NCBI GenBank assembly: GCA_019244185.1
Contig: JAFATB010000014.1
Location: forward strand, 576,001 to 640,000
DNA length: 64,000 nucleotides
DNA from: Acidobacteriota bacterium
GTDB taxonomy: Bacteria > Acidobacteriota > Thermoanaerobaculia > Gp7-AA8
Direction of reading: 5' to 3'
Shown in pieces: positions 18,139 through 30,000 of this stretch (the stretch's first letter is position 1; the number at the start of each line of letters is the position of its first letter). A program made the position numbers and the translations under genes. The notes beneath the pieces were generated by a model. It made no database searches, was not told the origin of the DNA, and saw nothing but the letters and a program-made list of their open reading frames with translations.

Positions 18139-20835
18139 TCAGCGCAGCAGGTCGTCGAGCGGAATCTCGGCCGTGTGCGGCCGCGGCAGCGCGCGCGCCA
18201 GATAGGGGAGGATCGCCGCGGGCGGAAGCGGCCGGCTGAAGAGATATCCCTGCAGCAGATCGCACGCGTAGTGCCGCAGGAACGTGTACTGCTCTTCCGT
18301 CTCCACGCCTTCGGCGACGACCTTCAGCTGCAGCGTATGCGCGAGATTGATCACGTACGACACGATCGCGGCCGCGGTGTCGTCGAACGTCACCTCGCGC
18401 AGGAACTCCTTGTCGATCTTCACCGTGTCGATCGGGAAGTGCTTGAGATAGATGAGCGACGACTGGCCGGTGCCGAAATCGTCAACCGCGATCGACACGC
18501 CCATCGCGCGCAGCTCGCGCAGCACCGTCAGCGTCGACTCGAAGTTCTGCATCGCCGCGCTCTCGGTGATCTCGAGCTCGAGCAGATGCGGTGAAATGCC
18601 GGACTCCTCGATCGCCGAGCGCACCGTCGTCACGAGATCGCGCTGCTGTAACTGCACCGCCGAGATGTTGACGGCCATCCGCAGCGACGTCAGTCCTTCG
18701 TCGTGCCATTGCCTTAATTGCAGACAGGCGGTGCGCAGCACCCACGCGCCGATGGCGACGATCATCCCGGTCTCTTCGGCGAGCTCGATGAACTCTGACG
18801 GCGGCACGAGGCCGCGGTTCGGATCGCGCCACCGCAGCAGCGCCTCGACCGACGCGATGCGCCGGCCGGCGCGGTCGTAGATCGGCTGATATTCGAGCTC
18901 GAGCTGCTGCCGTTCGATCGCGTGATGGAGATGCTGTTCGAGCGCGAGCCGCCGCACGTAGCGCTCGTTCATGCTGGCCGTGAACAGCTGCGCCTGATTG
19001 CGGCCGAGCTCTTTCGCGCGATACATCGCCGCGTCAGCGCATTTGAGCAGCGTCTCGGCGTCGTCGCCGTCGTTCGGAAAGCAGCTGATGCCGATGCTCG
19101 CCGTGACGATGAGTTCGTGTCCTTCGACCGAGAACGGCTGTGCGAGCGAGTCGAGGATTTTCCGCGCCACGCCCGCCATCGCCTCGGTATTCACGACTTC
19201 CGGCAGCAGGATGCTGAACTCGTCGCCGCCGATGCGCGAGATCGTGTCCGACGCGCGCAGCGCGCCCTGCAGCCGCCGCGCGACCTCGGCCAGCAGCGCG
19301 TCGCCGAGCGAATGCCCGAGGCCGTCGTTGATCAGCTTGAAGTGATCGACGTCGAGATACATCACCGCCACGCCGACGCGGTTGCGTCGCGCGTGCGCGA
19401 CGGCGTTCACGAGCCGGTCGCGAAACAGCAGCCGGTTCGGCAGCGCGGTCAGCGAGTCGTAGTACGCGCGGTATTCGAGCTGCTTCTCGGTTTCCTTGCG
19501 CTGCGAAACGTCGCGGTAGTTGAGCACGACCGCGCCGACGCTCGTCTCGTGCAGCAGGTTCTGCGCGAAGCCTTCGAGCCAGACCCAGTTGCCGTCGCGG
19601 TGGCGGAAGCGCAGCTCGCCGTGGCCTTCGCCGGTTTCCGACGCCACGATCTGCGCGAAGATCGCGCGCGTGCGCTCGGCGTCGCGCGGATGCACGAAGT
19701 CGAACAGCGAGCGCCCGAGGAGCTCGTCATCGCGGTAGCCGAGAAGGTGTTGCGTCGACGAGCCCACGAAGCAGAAGCAGAGCTCCGCGTCGACCAGCGC
19801 CACGCCGCTCCAGCTCTTCTCGACGATCGTGCGGAAGCGCTGCTCGCGCATCTCCAGGCGTCGCTCCGCTTCCTTGCGCGCCGAGATGTCGTGGATGAAC
19901 GCCGTCAGCGTGAAGTCCGCGTCGCTGCCCGCCGGCGCGATCGTGACTTCCGCCGGGAACTCCTCGCCCGACGCGCGCCGTGCGCGGATCTCGAGCCGCC
20001 GCCGCAGCAGCCGGCTCGGCCGTCCCGCGCGATGCCGCTCGAACGCGACGCGCAGCAGATGCATCGTGCCCTCGGGAAAGAGCGACGGTTGCAGCGGCTG
20101 GCCGATCACGTCGCGCGCGGCGAGGCCGAACGTCGTCTCCGCCTGCCGATTCCACTCCGTCACGAGCAGCGAGCGGTCGACCGTGAGCACGGCGTCGACC
20201 GTCGTGGCGATGACCTGCCGCAGCCGCGCCTCGGAACTGCGCAGCGCGTGCTCGGTGCGGCCGCGCGTGATCGCTTCGCCGAGGATGTTCGCGGTCGAGC
20301 GGAGGAACGCCAGCTCGTATTCGGCGAATGTGCGTTCGTTGTCGGAGTAGGCGAGGAGCACGCCGAACGGACCGTACTGCGTGCGGATGACCACGCCCGC
20401 GCCGCTGCGGATGCCGTGGAAGTGCCGGAGATGCGGCGCTTCGAAGCGCGTCTCGTCTTCCAGTCGCGCGAACGAGACCGGGCCATCGGCGAGCAGCGTG
20501 AGCATTCCGATCGACTCGTCTTCCGCGCCGTCGCGGTCGCAGTGGAGGAACGTCTCGTTCGCGCCGAGCGCCGCGCGCACGCGCATGCCGCCGCCGGGTG
20601 CGAGCTCGAGCGCGCGACAGTGGCTGACCTGCAGCGTGAGCTCGACGAGCGCGCACGCCTGGCCGAGGAGCATCAGCGGATCGACGCCGGTGAGGGCGCC
20701 CTGGCCGAGCTCGGCGATGGCGGTTTCCTGCCGGTCGCGCGCCGCGAGCTCCGCGCGCAACGCCTCCAGCTCCGCGTCGCGCGCGTTGCTCCGGCCGTTC
20801 GGGAGCAGGTGGAGCGGCGTCGGCTGCTCGGGCAT
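18139..20835 (-). CDS. GAF-PAS-PAS-GGDEF-EAL diguanylate cyclase/phosphodiesterase
   Basis: YDSLTALPNR, RIGGDEF, EALLRW, DDFGTG and VAEGVET are intact; probable start MPEQP at 20835. Confidence 0.95.
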   Translation of the reverse strand: MPEQPTPLHLLPNGRSNARDAELEALRAELAARDRQETAIAELGQGALTGVDPLMLLGQACALVELTLQVSHCRALELAPGGGMRVRAALGANETFLHCDRDGAEDESIGMLTLLADGPVSFARLEDETRFEAPHLRHFHGIRSGAGVVIRTQYGPFGVLLAYSDNERTFAEYELAFLRSTANILGEAITRGRTEHALRSSEARLRQVIATTVDAVLTVDRSLLVTEWNRQAETTFGLAARDVIGQPLQPSLFPEGTMHLLRVAFERHRAGRPSRLLRRRLEIRARRASGEEFPAEVTIAPAGSDADFTLTAFIHDISARKEAERRLEMREQRFRTIVEKSWSGVALVDAELCFCFVGSSTQHLLGYRDDELLGRSLFDFVHPRDAERTRAIFAQIVASETGEGHGELRFRHRDGNWVWLEGFAQNLLHETSVGAVVLNYRDVSQRKETEKQLEYRAYYDSLTALPNRLLFRDRLVNAVAHARRNRVGVAVMYLDVDHFKLINDGLGHSLGDALLAEVARRLQGALRASDTISRIGGDEFSILLPEVVNTEAMAGVARKILDSLAQPFSVEGHELIVTASIGISCFPNDGDDAETLLKCADAAMYRAKELGRNQAQLFTASMNERYVRRLALEQHLHHAIERQQLELEYQPIYDRAGRRIASVEALLRWRDPNRGLVPPSEFIELAEETGMIVAIGAWVLRTACLQLRQWHDEGLTSLRMAVNISAVQLQQRDLVTTVRSAIEESGISPHLLELEITESAAMQNFESTLTVLRELRAMGVSIAVDDFGTGQSSLIYLKHFPIDTVKIDKEFLREVTFDDTAAAIVSYVINLAHTLQLKVVAEGVETEEQYTFLRHYACDLLQGYLFSRPLPPAAILPYLARALPRPHTAEIPLDDLLR

Positions 20836-21051
20836 GTGCGGTTGGGCGAGAGTGTACGCGAGTCGGAAGCGGGGGCCGGATCGGAAGTCGGGAAGGAGAC
20901 AACGGCGGAGGCCGTTGAAGTGCAAAATAAGTTTTTTATCCGGTGTTTTCGGAAAAGACTGCTATCATGAACTTCGTCCATTTCCCCCGGGGTGAAGTGT
21001 GTCTCTCAGGAACTCCTGAGGGGGGCACCGGTCCTAAGAAGGAATTATACA
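20836..21051. promoter_or_regulatory. AT-rich divergent promoter region with hairpin
   Basis: Sharp drop in GC (AAAATAAGTTTTTTAT); CTCAGG-AACT-CCTGAG hairpin near 21005-21020; AAGGA RBS-like sequence before ATG 21052. Confidence 0.5.
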
Positions 21052-24000
21052 ATGATGGCTCTGCGTCGTCTACGTCTCGCTTTGATCCTGAGTGCGATCG
21101 TTTGGGTACCTCTCGCACATGCCGCCACCTCGGACTATCGAGTCCTGATCGACGCGGACAACAACGCAGCCACCGGCTGCTTCGTCGGGGCCATCCCCGG
21201 CATCGATCAGGTGTTGACGACGCGCGTGACGACAACGGATACGGATGGTTCCGTGACGTTGACGCAGCGGCAGGTCTGCTCGACCGGCGTGCTCGGCGCG
21301 CCGATCACGATCAGCACGACCCCGTGGCCGGCCGGCTTTAACGCGAGCAGCGGCAGTCTCCTCATCGAGACCCGCATCCCGTACTCGGCCTTCAGCGGCG
21401 GCGTCGCGCCCGAGGTCATGCATCTCTACTTTGACGGTACGCTCGGCGTCGCGAATCAGATTGTCACGACCAAGCCGAACGGCGATCCGATCCTCTATCC
21501 GACGGCGCCCGCGGGACGGCGTCACTCGGTGCACGTCGGCGACCCGCGCATGATCACGCTCGACGGGCTCGCCACGGACTGGGGCATGATCTCGCCGCTC
21601 GTCGAAGGGCTCGCCTCGGGCGGCACGCAGGCGCTGCGCCTCATCAAGATCTACGCGTTCTCGAATCCGAACGACGGATTCATCTACTTCCGCTTCGACG
21701 CGAACATCTCCACGAACAGCCCCTTCGCGGCCGACGACACGTACTCGCGCGCGCACGGCGCCGGCCTCACCGTTCCGGCGCCGGGCGTCCTCGCGAATGA
21801 CGGCGACCCGAACGGCGCGCCGCTCACCGCGAGCCCGGTCGGTTCGCCTGCCCGCGGCACCGTCACGCTCAACCCCGACGGCAGCTTCACGTACGCGCCG
21901 GACGATCCGACCTCGAACACGGCCGACAGCTTCGACTACAAGGCCTCGAACGGCTCGAAGGACTCGAACGTCGCGCACGTCACCATCAAGGTGTCGACGT
22001 CGACCAACACCGCGCCGCATGCGAACGCCGACTCGTACAGCACCACGGAAGACGTGCCGCTCGTCGTGCCGCCTCCGGGCGTGCTCGCGAACGACCACGA
22101 CGATGAATCCGATCCGCTGACCGTGACCCTCGGCGCGAACGCGACGCACGGCGACGTCGTGCTGCAGGCGAACGGCGGCTTCACATACACGCCGGACGCG
22201 AACTACTTCGGCGCCGACAGCTTCACCTACACCGTCAGCGACGGCCACGCCACCGCGACGGCGACGGTCACGATCGCCGTGACCAGCGTCAACGATCCGC
22301 CGAAGGTGACCGACGCGGCGTTCTCGATTCCGGAGAACAGCCCGAACGGCACCGCCGTCGGCACCGTGCACGTCACCGACAACGACGTCGCCGACAGCCA
22401 CACCTTCTCCATCACGGCCGGCAACACCGGCAACGCGTTCGCGATCAACGCCACCAGCGGCGCGATCACCGTGGCGAACACGACCGCGCTCAACTTCGAG
22501 ACCACGCCGTCGTTCACGCTGACCGTGCACGTCGTCGACAACGGCGTGCCGAACAAGTCGGACAACGGAACGGTCACCATCACGCTCACCGACGTGAACG
22601 ACAAGCCGGTGGCGCAGCCGGATTCCTACACGATCGGCGAAGACGGCACGCTCACCGTGCCGGCGCCCGGCGTGCTCGCGAATGATTCCGATCAGGATGC
22701 GGGCACGACGCTCACCGCGGTCCAGAACGTCGCGCCGCTGCACGCGGCGTCGTTCGCGCTCAACGCGGACGGCTCCTTTACGTACGTCCCGGCCGCGAAC
22801 TACAACGGCACGGACTCGTTCAGCTACCACGCGCACGACGGCTCGCTCGACTCCGACGTCGTGCTCGTCACGATCACGATCACGCCGGTCAACGACACCC
22901 CGAGCTTCACGGGATCCGGCGACGTCTCGTCGCCCGAGGATGTCGCGTACAGCGCGACGTGGGCGACGGCGATCAGCAAAGGACCGAGCGACGAGAACGC
23001 GCAGACGCTGACGTTCAACGTCAGCAACGATGCGAACGCGCTCTTCAGCGTGCAGCCGGCGATCGCCGCCGACGGAACACTGACGTTCACCCCGGCCCCG
23101 AATGCGGTCGGCCTGGCGCACGTCACCGTCACGCTTTCCGATAACGGCGACGGCGCGAACACGTCCGCGCCGGTCAACTTCACGATCAACATCACGGCGG
23201 TCAACGACGCTCCGGTGCTCACGGCGGGCGGCGCATCTCCGGCGTTCACCGAAGACGGCGCGCCGGTCGCGATCGATCCGTCGATCAGCGTGAGCGACGT
23301 CGACGACGCGAACCTCGAGTCGGCGACGATCACCATCACGAACCTTCTCGACAGCGGCTCCGAGACGCTGGCGGCGAACACCGCCGGCACGTCGATCACC
23401 GCGGTCTACAGCGCGCCGACGCTGACGCTGTCCGGCAGCGACACGCTGGCGAACTACCAGCAGGTGCTTCGCAGCATCACGTACGCGAACAGCGCGCAGG
23501 ATCCGAACACGACCGCGCGCAGCATCAGCATCGTCGTCAACGACGGCGACGTGAACAGCAACACGGTCACGAAGACGATGAGCGTCACCGCGGTCAACGA
23601 CGCGCCCGTCGTGACGACGAGCGGCGGCACGACCGCGTTCGTCGAAGACTCCGCGGCCGTCGTCGTCGACAACGCGCTCACGATCACCGACGTCGACTCG
23701 ACGACGCTGACCGGCGCGACCGTCACGATCTCGAACCTCCTCGACAGCGGCGCCGAGACGCTGGCCGCGCCGACGCTCGTCGGCGGCGTGACCGCCGTGT
23801 ACGTCGCGCCGACGCTCACCTTCACCGGCACGGCCACGCTCGCGCAGTACGAGACGATGCTCCGCGCGGTGACGTACAACGACGCCGCCAACGCGCCGAA
23901 CACGACCGCGCGCATCATCTCCTTCCAGGTCAACGACGGTGCCGCGGCGAACAACCTCTCCAACGTCGCCACCAAGAACGTCTCCGTGACGCCGACCAAC

Positions 24001-27000
24001 GACGCGCCGGTGCTCGTCGCCGGCCACACGGTCGCGTACACCGAGAACGGCAGCCCCGTCACGCTCGAGCCGGCGCTCACGATCACCGATCCCGACTCCG
24101 CGACGATGCAGTCGGCGGCGGTGCTCGTCTCCGGAAATGCAGGTGCCGGCGACGTCCTCGCGTGCCCCGCGTGCGGCACGACCGTCCCGGGCATCACCGC
24201 GATCTTCAGCAGCGGGACGCTGCAGCTCTCCGGCGTCGACACGCTCGCGAATTACCAGACCGCGCTGCGCAGCGTCACGTACGCCAACGCCAGCGACGCC
24301 CCGTCCACCGCGCAGCGCGGAATCGACTGGTTCGTGACGGACGCCGGCGGCCTCCAGAGCCAGGACGACGCGCAGAACGACACGCTCGTCAACGTCACCG
24401 CCGTCAACGACGCGCCGGTCGTCACGACCAGCGGCGGCACGACCGCGTTCGTCGAAGACGCCGGCCCGGTCGCCGTCGACAGCGGCCTCACCGTCACCGA
24501 CGTCGACTCGACGACGCTCACCGGTGCGACGGTCACCATCACGAACGTTCTCGACGGCGCGGCGGAAGCCCTCGCGGCACCGTCACTCCTCGGCGGCGTC
24601 ACGGCGAGCTACAACGCCGGCGTGCTGACGCTGAGCGGCACCACGACCCTCGCCAACTACCAGGCCATGCTCCGCGCCGTCACCTACGACAACGCGTCGG
24701 ACACGCCGGCCACCACCAGCCGCACGATCGCGTTCCAGGTCAACGACGGCGGCGCGGTGAACAACCTCTCCACCGTCGCCAACCAGACCGTCTCCGTCAC
24801 GCCGACGAATGACGCGCCGGTCGTCACCACCACCGGGACGACCAGCGCCTTCACCGAAGACGGCTCGCCGGTCGCCGTCGACGGCGGCGTCACGATCAGC
24901 GACGTCGACAGCGCGAACCTCACCGGCGCGACCGTCACGATCACGAACCTCCTCGACAGCGGTGCGGAAACGCTCGCCGCGCCGACGCTGCTCGGCGGCG
25001 TCACCGCCAGCTACGTTGCGCCGACGCTCACGCTCACCGGCACCGCGACGCTTGCGCAGTATCAGACCATGCTGCGGGCGGTCACGTACACGAACTCCTC
25101 GAACGACCCGACCACGACCACGCGCGTCATCTCGTTCCAGGTGAACGACGGCGGCGCGGTGAACAACCTCTCGAACACCGCCACGAAGAACGTTTCCATC
25201 ACCGCGTCGAACGACGCGTCCGTGGTGACGACCAGCGGCGGCACGAGCGCGTTCGTCGAAGACTCGCCCGCCGTCGTCGTCGACGGTTCGGTGAGCGTCA
25301 CCGACATCGACTCGACCACGCTCACGGGCGCGACGGTCACGATCACGAACCTCCTCGACGGCAGCGCCGAATCGCTGGCCGCGCCGACGCTCCTCGGCGG
25401 TGTGACCGCGAGCTACAACGCCGGCACGCTGACCTTCAGCGGCACGACCTCGCTCGCCAACTACCAGACCATGCTCCGCGCGGTGACGTACGACAACTCG
25501 TCGAACGCGCCGAGCACCACCGCCCGCGTCATCGCCTTCCAGGTGAATGACGGCGGCGCGGTGAACAACCTCTCGAACGTCGCCAACAAGAGCGTCTCCG
25601 TCACGGCGACGAACGACGCGCCGGTGGTCACGCCGACCGGCACGACGACGCCGTTCACCGAGGATGGCGGGGCGGTGGCGGTCGACAGCGGCGTCAGCGT
25701 GAGCGACGTCGATAGCGCGAACCTCACCAGCGCTACGGTCACGATCACGAACCTCCTCGACAGCGGCGCGGAAACGCTCGCCGCGCCGACGCTGCTCGGC
25801 GGCGTCACCGCGAGCTACGTCGCGCCGACGCTGACGCTCACCGGCACCGCGACCGTCGCGCAGTACCAGACGATGCTGCGGGCGGTGACGTACAACAACT
25901 CCTCGAACAACCCCACCACGACCACGCGCGTGCTCAACTTCCAGGTGAACGACGGCGGCGCCGTCAACAACCTGTCGAACGTCGGCGCGAAGAACGTCTC
26001 GATCACCGCCGTCAACGACGCGCCGGTGGTCACGACCACCGGCGGCTCGAGCGCGTTCGTCGAAGACTCGCCCGCGGTCGCGGTCGACAACGGACTGACA
26101 ATCACCGACATCGACTCGACGAACCTCACCGGCGCGACGGTCACGATCACGAACCTCCTCGACGGCGTGGCGGAATCGCTCACGGCGACCTCGCTCGTCG
26201 GCGGCGTCACCGCGAACTACGTCGGCGGCGTGCTCACCTTCACCGGCACGACGTCGCTCGCGAACTACCAGTCGATGTTGCGCGCGGTGACGTACAACAA
26301 CACGTCCAACACGCCCAACGTCACCGCTCGCGTCATCGCCTTCCAGGTCAATGACGGCGGAGCGGCGAACAACCTCTCGAACGTCGCGACGAAGACCGTC
26401 AGCGTCACCGCGACGAACGACGCGCCGGTCGTCACCACGACTGCCGCGATCACCAGCTTCACCGAAGGCGCCGGCGCGGTCGCGATCGATTCGCTGGTCG
26501 CCGTCACCGACGTCGACTCGCCGACCCTCGGCAGCGCCGTTATCACGATCACGAACCTGCAGGACGCGGGACTGGAGACGCTGGCCGCGCCGACGCTGCT
26601 CGGCGGTGTGACCGCGAGCTACGTCGCGCCCACGCTCACGCTCACCGGCACGGCCACGGTCGCGCAGTATCAGACGATGCTGCAGGCCATCACGTACAAC
26701 AACTCCTCGAACGCGCCGAACACCACCAACCGCTCGGTCTCGTACCAGGTGAATGACGGCAGCGCCAACAGCAACGTCGCGACGAAGACGGTCAGCGTGA
26801 CGTCCGTCAACAGCGTCCCGGTCGTCACGACGTCGGCGGGCACGTCGGCGTTCGTCGAAGACGCGGCTCCGGTCGTGGTCGACGCCGGCGTCACCGTCAC
26901 CGATCCCGACACCGCGACGCTCGCCTCGGCGACCGTCACGATCGCGAACCTTCTCGACAGCGGCGCCGAAACGCTGGCCGCGCCGACGCTGCTCGGCGGC

Positions 27001-30000
27001 GTCACGGCGAGCTACGTCGCTCCGACGCTGACCCTCACCGGCACGGCCACGCTCGCGCAGTACCAGACCATGCTCCGCGCGGTCACGTACAACAACGCGT
27101 CGAACACGCCGAACGTCACCGTGCGCACGATCAACTTCCAGGTCGATGACGGCCAGAGCACGAACCACCAGAGCGCAGTCGCCTCGAAGAGCGTCAGCGT
27201 GACGCCGTCGAACGACGCGCCGGTCGTGACGACCAGCGGCGGCACGGCCGCGTTCACCGAGGATGGGGGAGCGGTGGCGGTGGACAACGGCGTGACCGTG
27301 ACGGACGTGGATTCCGGCACGCTCGCCAGCGCCACCATCACCATCACGAACCTGCTCGACAGCGGCGCGGAAACGCTCGCCGCGCCGACGCTCCTCGGCG
27401 GCGCGACTGCCAGCTACGTCGCTCCGACGCTCACCATCACCGGCGTCACGACGCTTTCCAACTACCAGACGATGCTGCGCGCGGTGACGTACAACAACAC
27501 CTCGCAGAATCCGAACGGCACCACGCGCACGATCTCGTTCACGGTCAACGACGGCGCCGCCAACAGCAACACGGCGACGCGCGGCGTGACCGTGGCGTCG
27601 GTCAACGACGCGCCGGTCGTCACGACCAGCGGCGGCACCAGCGCGTTCGTCGAAGACTCGCCGGCCATCGCCGTCGACAACGCGCTCACGGTGACCGACG
27701 TCGACTCGGCGAACCTCACCGGCGCGACGGTCACGATCACGAACCTGCTCGACGCCGGCGCGGAAACGCTGGCCGCGCCGACGCTGCTCGCCGGCGCCAC
27801 CGCGAGCTACGTCGCGCCGACGCTGACCATCAGCGGCACGGCCACGCTCGCCCAGTACCAGACCATGCTCCGCGCGGTGACGTACAACAACTCGTCGAAC
27901 ACGCCGTCGACCACGAACCGCTCCATCTCGTTCCAGGTCAACGACGGCGCGGGCGTGAACAACCTCTCCAACGTCGCCAGCAAGACCGTCTCGATCACGC
28001 CGACGAACGATCCGCCGGTGCTCACGGTCAGCGGCTCGCTCAGCTACACCGAGAACCAGGCGCCGGCTGCGCTCGGCGTCACGGCGTCCGTGACCGACGT
28101 CGACTCGACGAACATCACCTCCGCGACCGTGACGATCTCCGCCGGCTTCCAGAGCGGCGCCGACGTCCTCGGCTTCACGACGCAGAACGGCATCACCGGC
28201 AACTACGTCGCGCCGACGCTGACCCTCAGCGGCTCCGCGACGCTGGCGCAGTACGCCGCGGCGCTGCAGAGCGTCACCTACCAGAACACCTCGGACGATC
28301 CGACGACGGCCGCGCGCACGGTCACGTTCCAGGTCAACGACGGCAGCGCGAACAGCAACACGCAGACGTCGACGATCAGCGTCACCGCGACCAACGACCC
28401 GCCGGTCAACAACGTCCCGACGAATGCGCAGTCGGTGAACGAAGACACGCCGCTCACCTTCACCGGCGCGGGCAACATCGTCTCGATCACCGATCCGGAC
28501 GCGCAGTCGGGGAACATCTCCGTCGAGATCAAGACCACCAACGGCACGACCACGATCGTCACGCCGACGGGCCTCACGTTCGCCCCGCCGGCGGGCAACG
28601 GCACCGCCGACTACACGATCAGCGGCACGCTCGCCAACGTGAACGCGTCGCTGGCCACGCTGCGCTTCAACCCGACGGCCGACTTCCCGTTCGCCGCCGC
28701 CTCGGGCACCGCGTCGATTCAGCTCATCACGACCGATAACGGCAATACGCCGGCGCCGGCGAAGGGCGACGACGACACCTTCAACATCACCGTCAACCAG
28801 GTCAACGATCCGCCGACGGCGGGCAGCGACACGTTCGACACCATCGGCAACACCGAGCTGCGCGTCGACATCGGCGTGGCCGGCACGACGCCGAACGTGG
28901 TCAAGACCAGCGTCACCACCCTCAAAGGCGTTCTCGGGAACGACTCCGACAACCCGAACGAGAACAATCCGTTCACCGTCACGTCGATCGTCGGCTGCGC
29001 CGACATGAGCAACTGCACCCTCGCGTCGGGCTCGATCGTCTCGATGAACAGCAACGGCACGTTCACCTTCAAGCCGTCGCCGACGATCCCCACCGGTGCA
29101 CCGGCCTCGGACACGTTCCAGTACGTCATCACCGACCAGCCGGCCGGCGGCACGCCGCAGACGGCGACCGGCACCGTCACGATCCACATCTTTGACAAGG
29201 TGTGGTACGTGAAGGAAGGCGGCACGGGCAACGGCCGCTCCGATTCACCGCTCGGTGCCTTCACGACTCTCAACGGCGCAGGCGGCGCCGGCGACGTCGA
29301 CGCCGCGGGCGACTACATCTTCGTGCAGCGCAACTCGACCAACCCGGTCAACGGTCCGATCGAGCTCGAGGCGAATCAGCACCTGCTCGGTGAGGGCGTC
29401 GGTCTTTCGATCCCGCGCGCGCTCAACGGCAACGCCTCGCCGGTCAATCTCGTCGCGGCCGGCACGAAGCCGCCGATCGCTTCGGCGAGCGACGCCGTCC
29501 AGATCAAGGCGGCCATGCCGGTCGAAGTGCGCGGTCTCGACATCAGCGCGAGCGGCGGCAACGACGTCGATCTCACGGCCACCGGAGCGTTCAGCGGTTC
29601 GCCGACGCTGACGATCTCCGACAACGTCTTCACGACGGCGTCTGCGGAAGACGTCGACGTCAACGCCGGCGCGACCGGCACGCTGGGTCTCACGATCCAG
29701 AACAACAGCTGGGGCACAGGCGCTCACGGCAACAACGGCATCGACATCCGCACGACGGCCGCGAATACGCTGAACCTCCTCGTGGCGAACAACACCGGCA
29801 TCGGAGTGACCGGCACCGGCATCCTGATCGACGGCAGCGGTGCGACCGTCACCATCACCGACTTCTCCAGCAACACGATCACCGGCGCCACCGGCGGGAC
29901 CGGCATCTCGATCAACAACGCCAAGTTCGACCAGACCCCGACCGGCGGCTTCCAGGCCGTCTCCGGCGGCACGACGACCATCGGCGTGACCGGCAACGGC

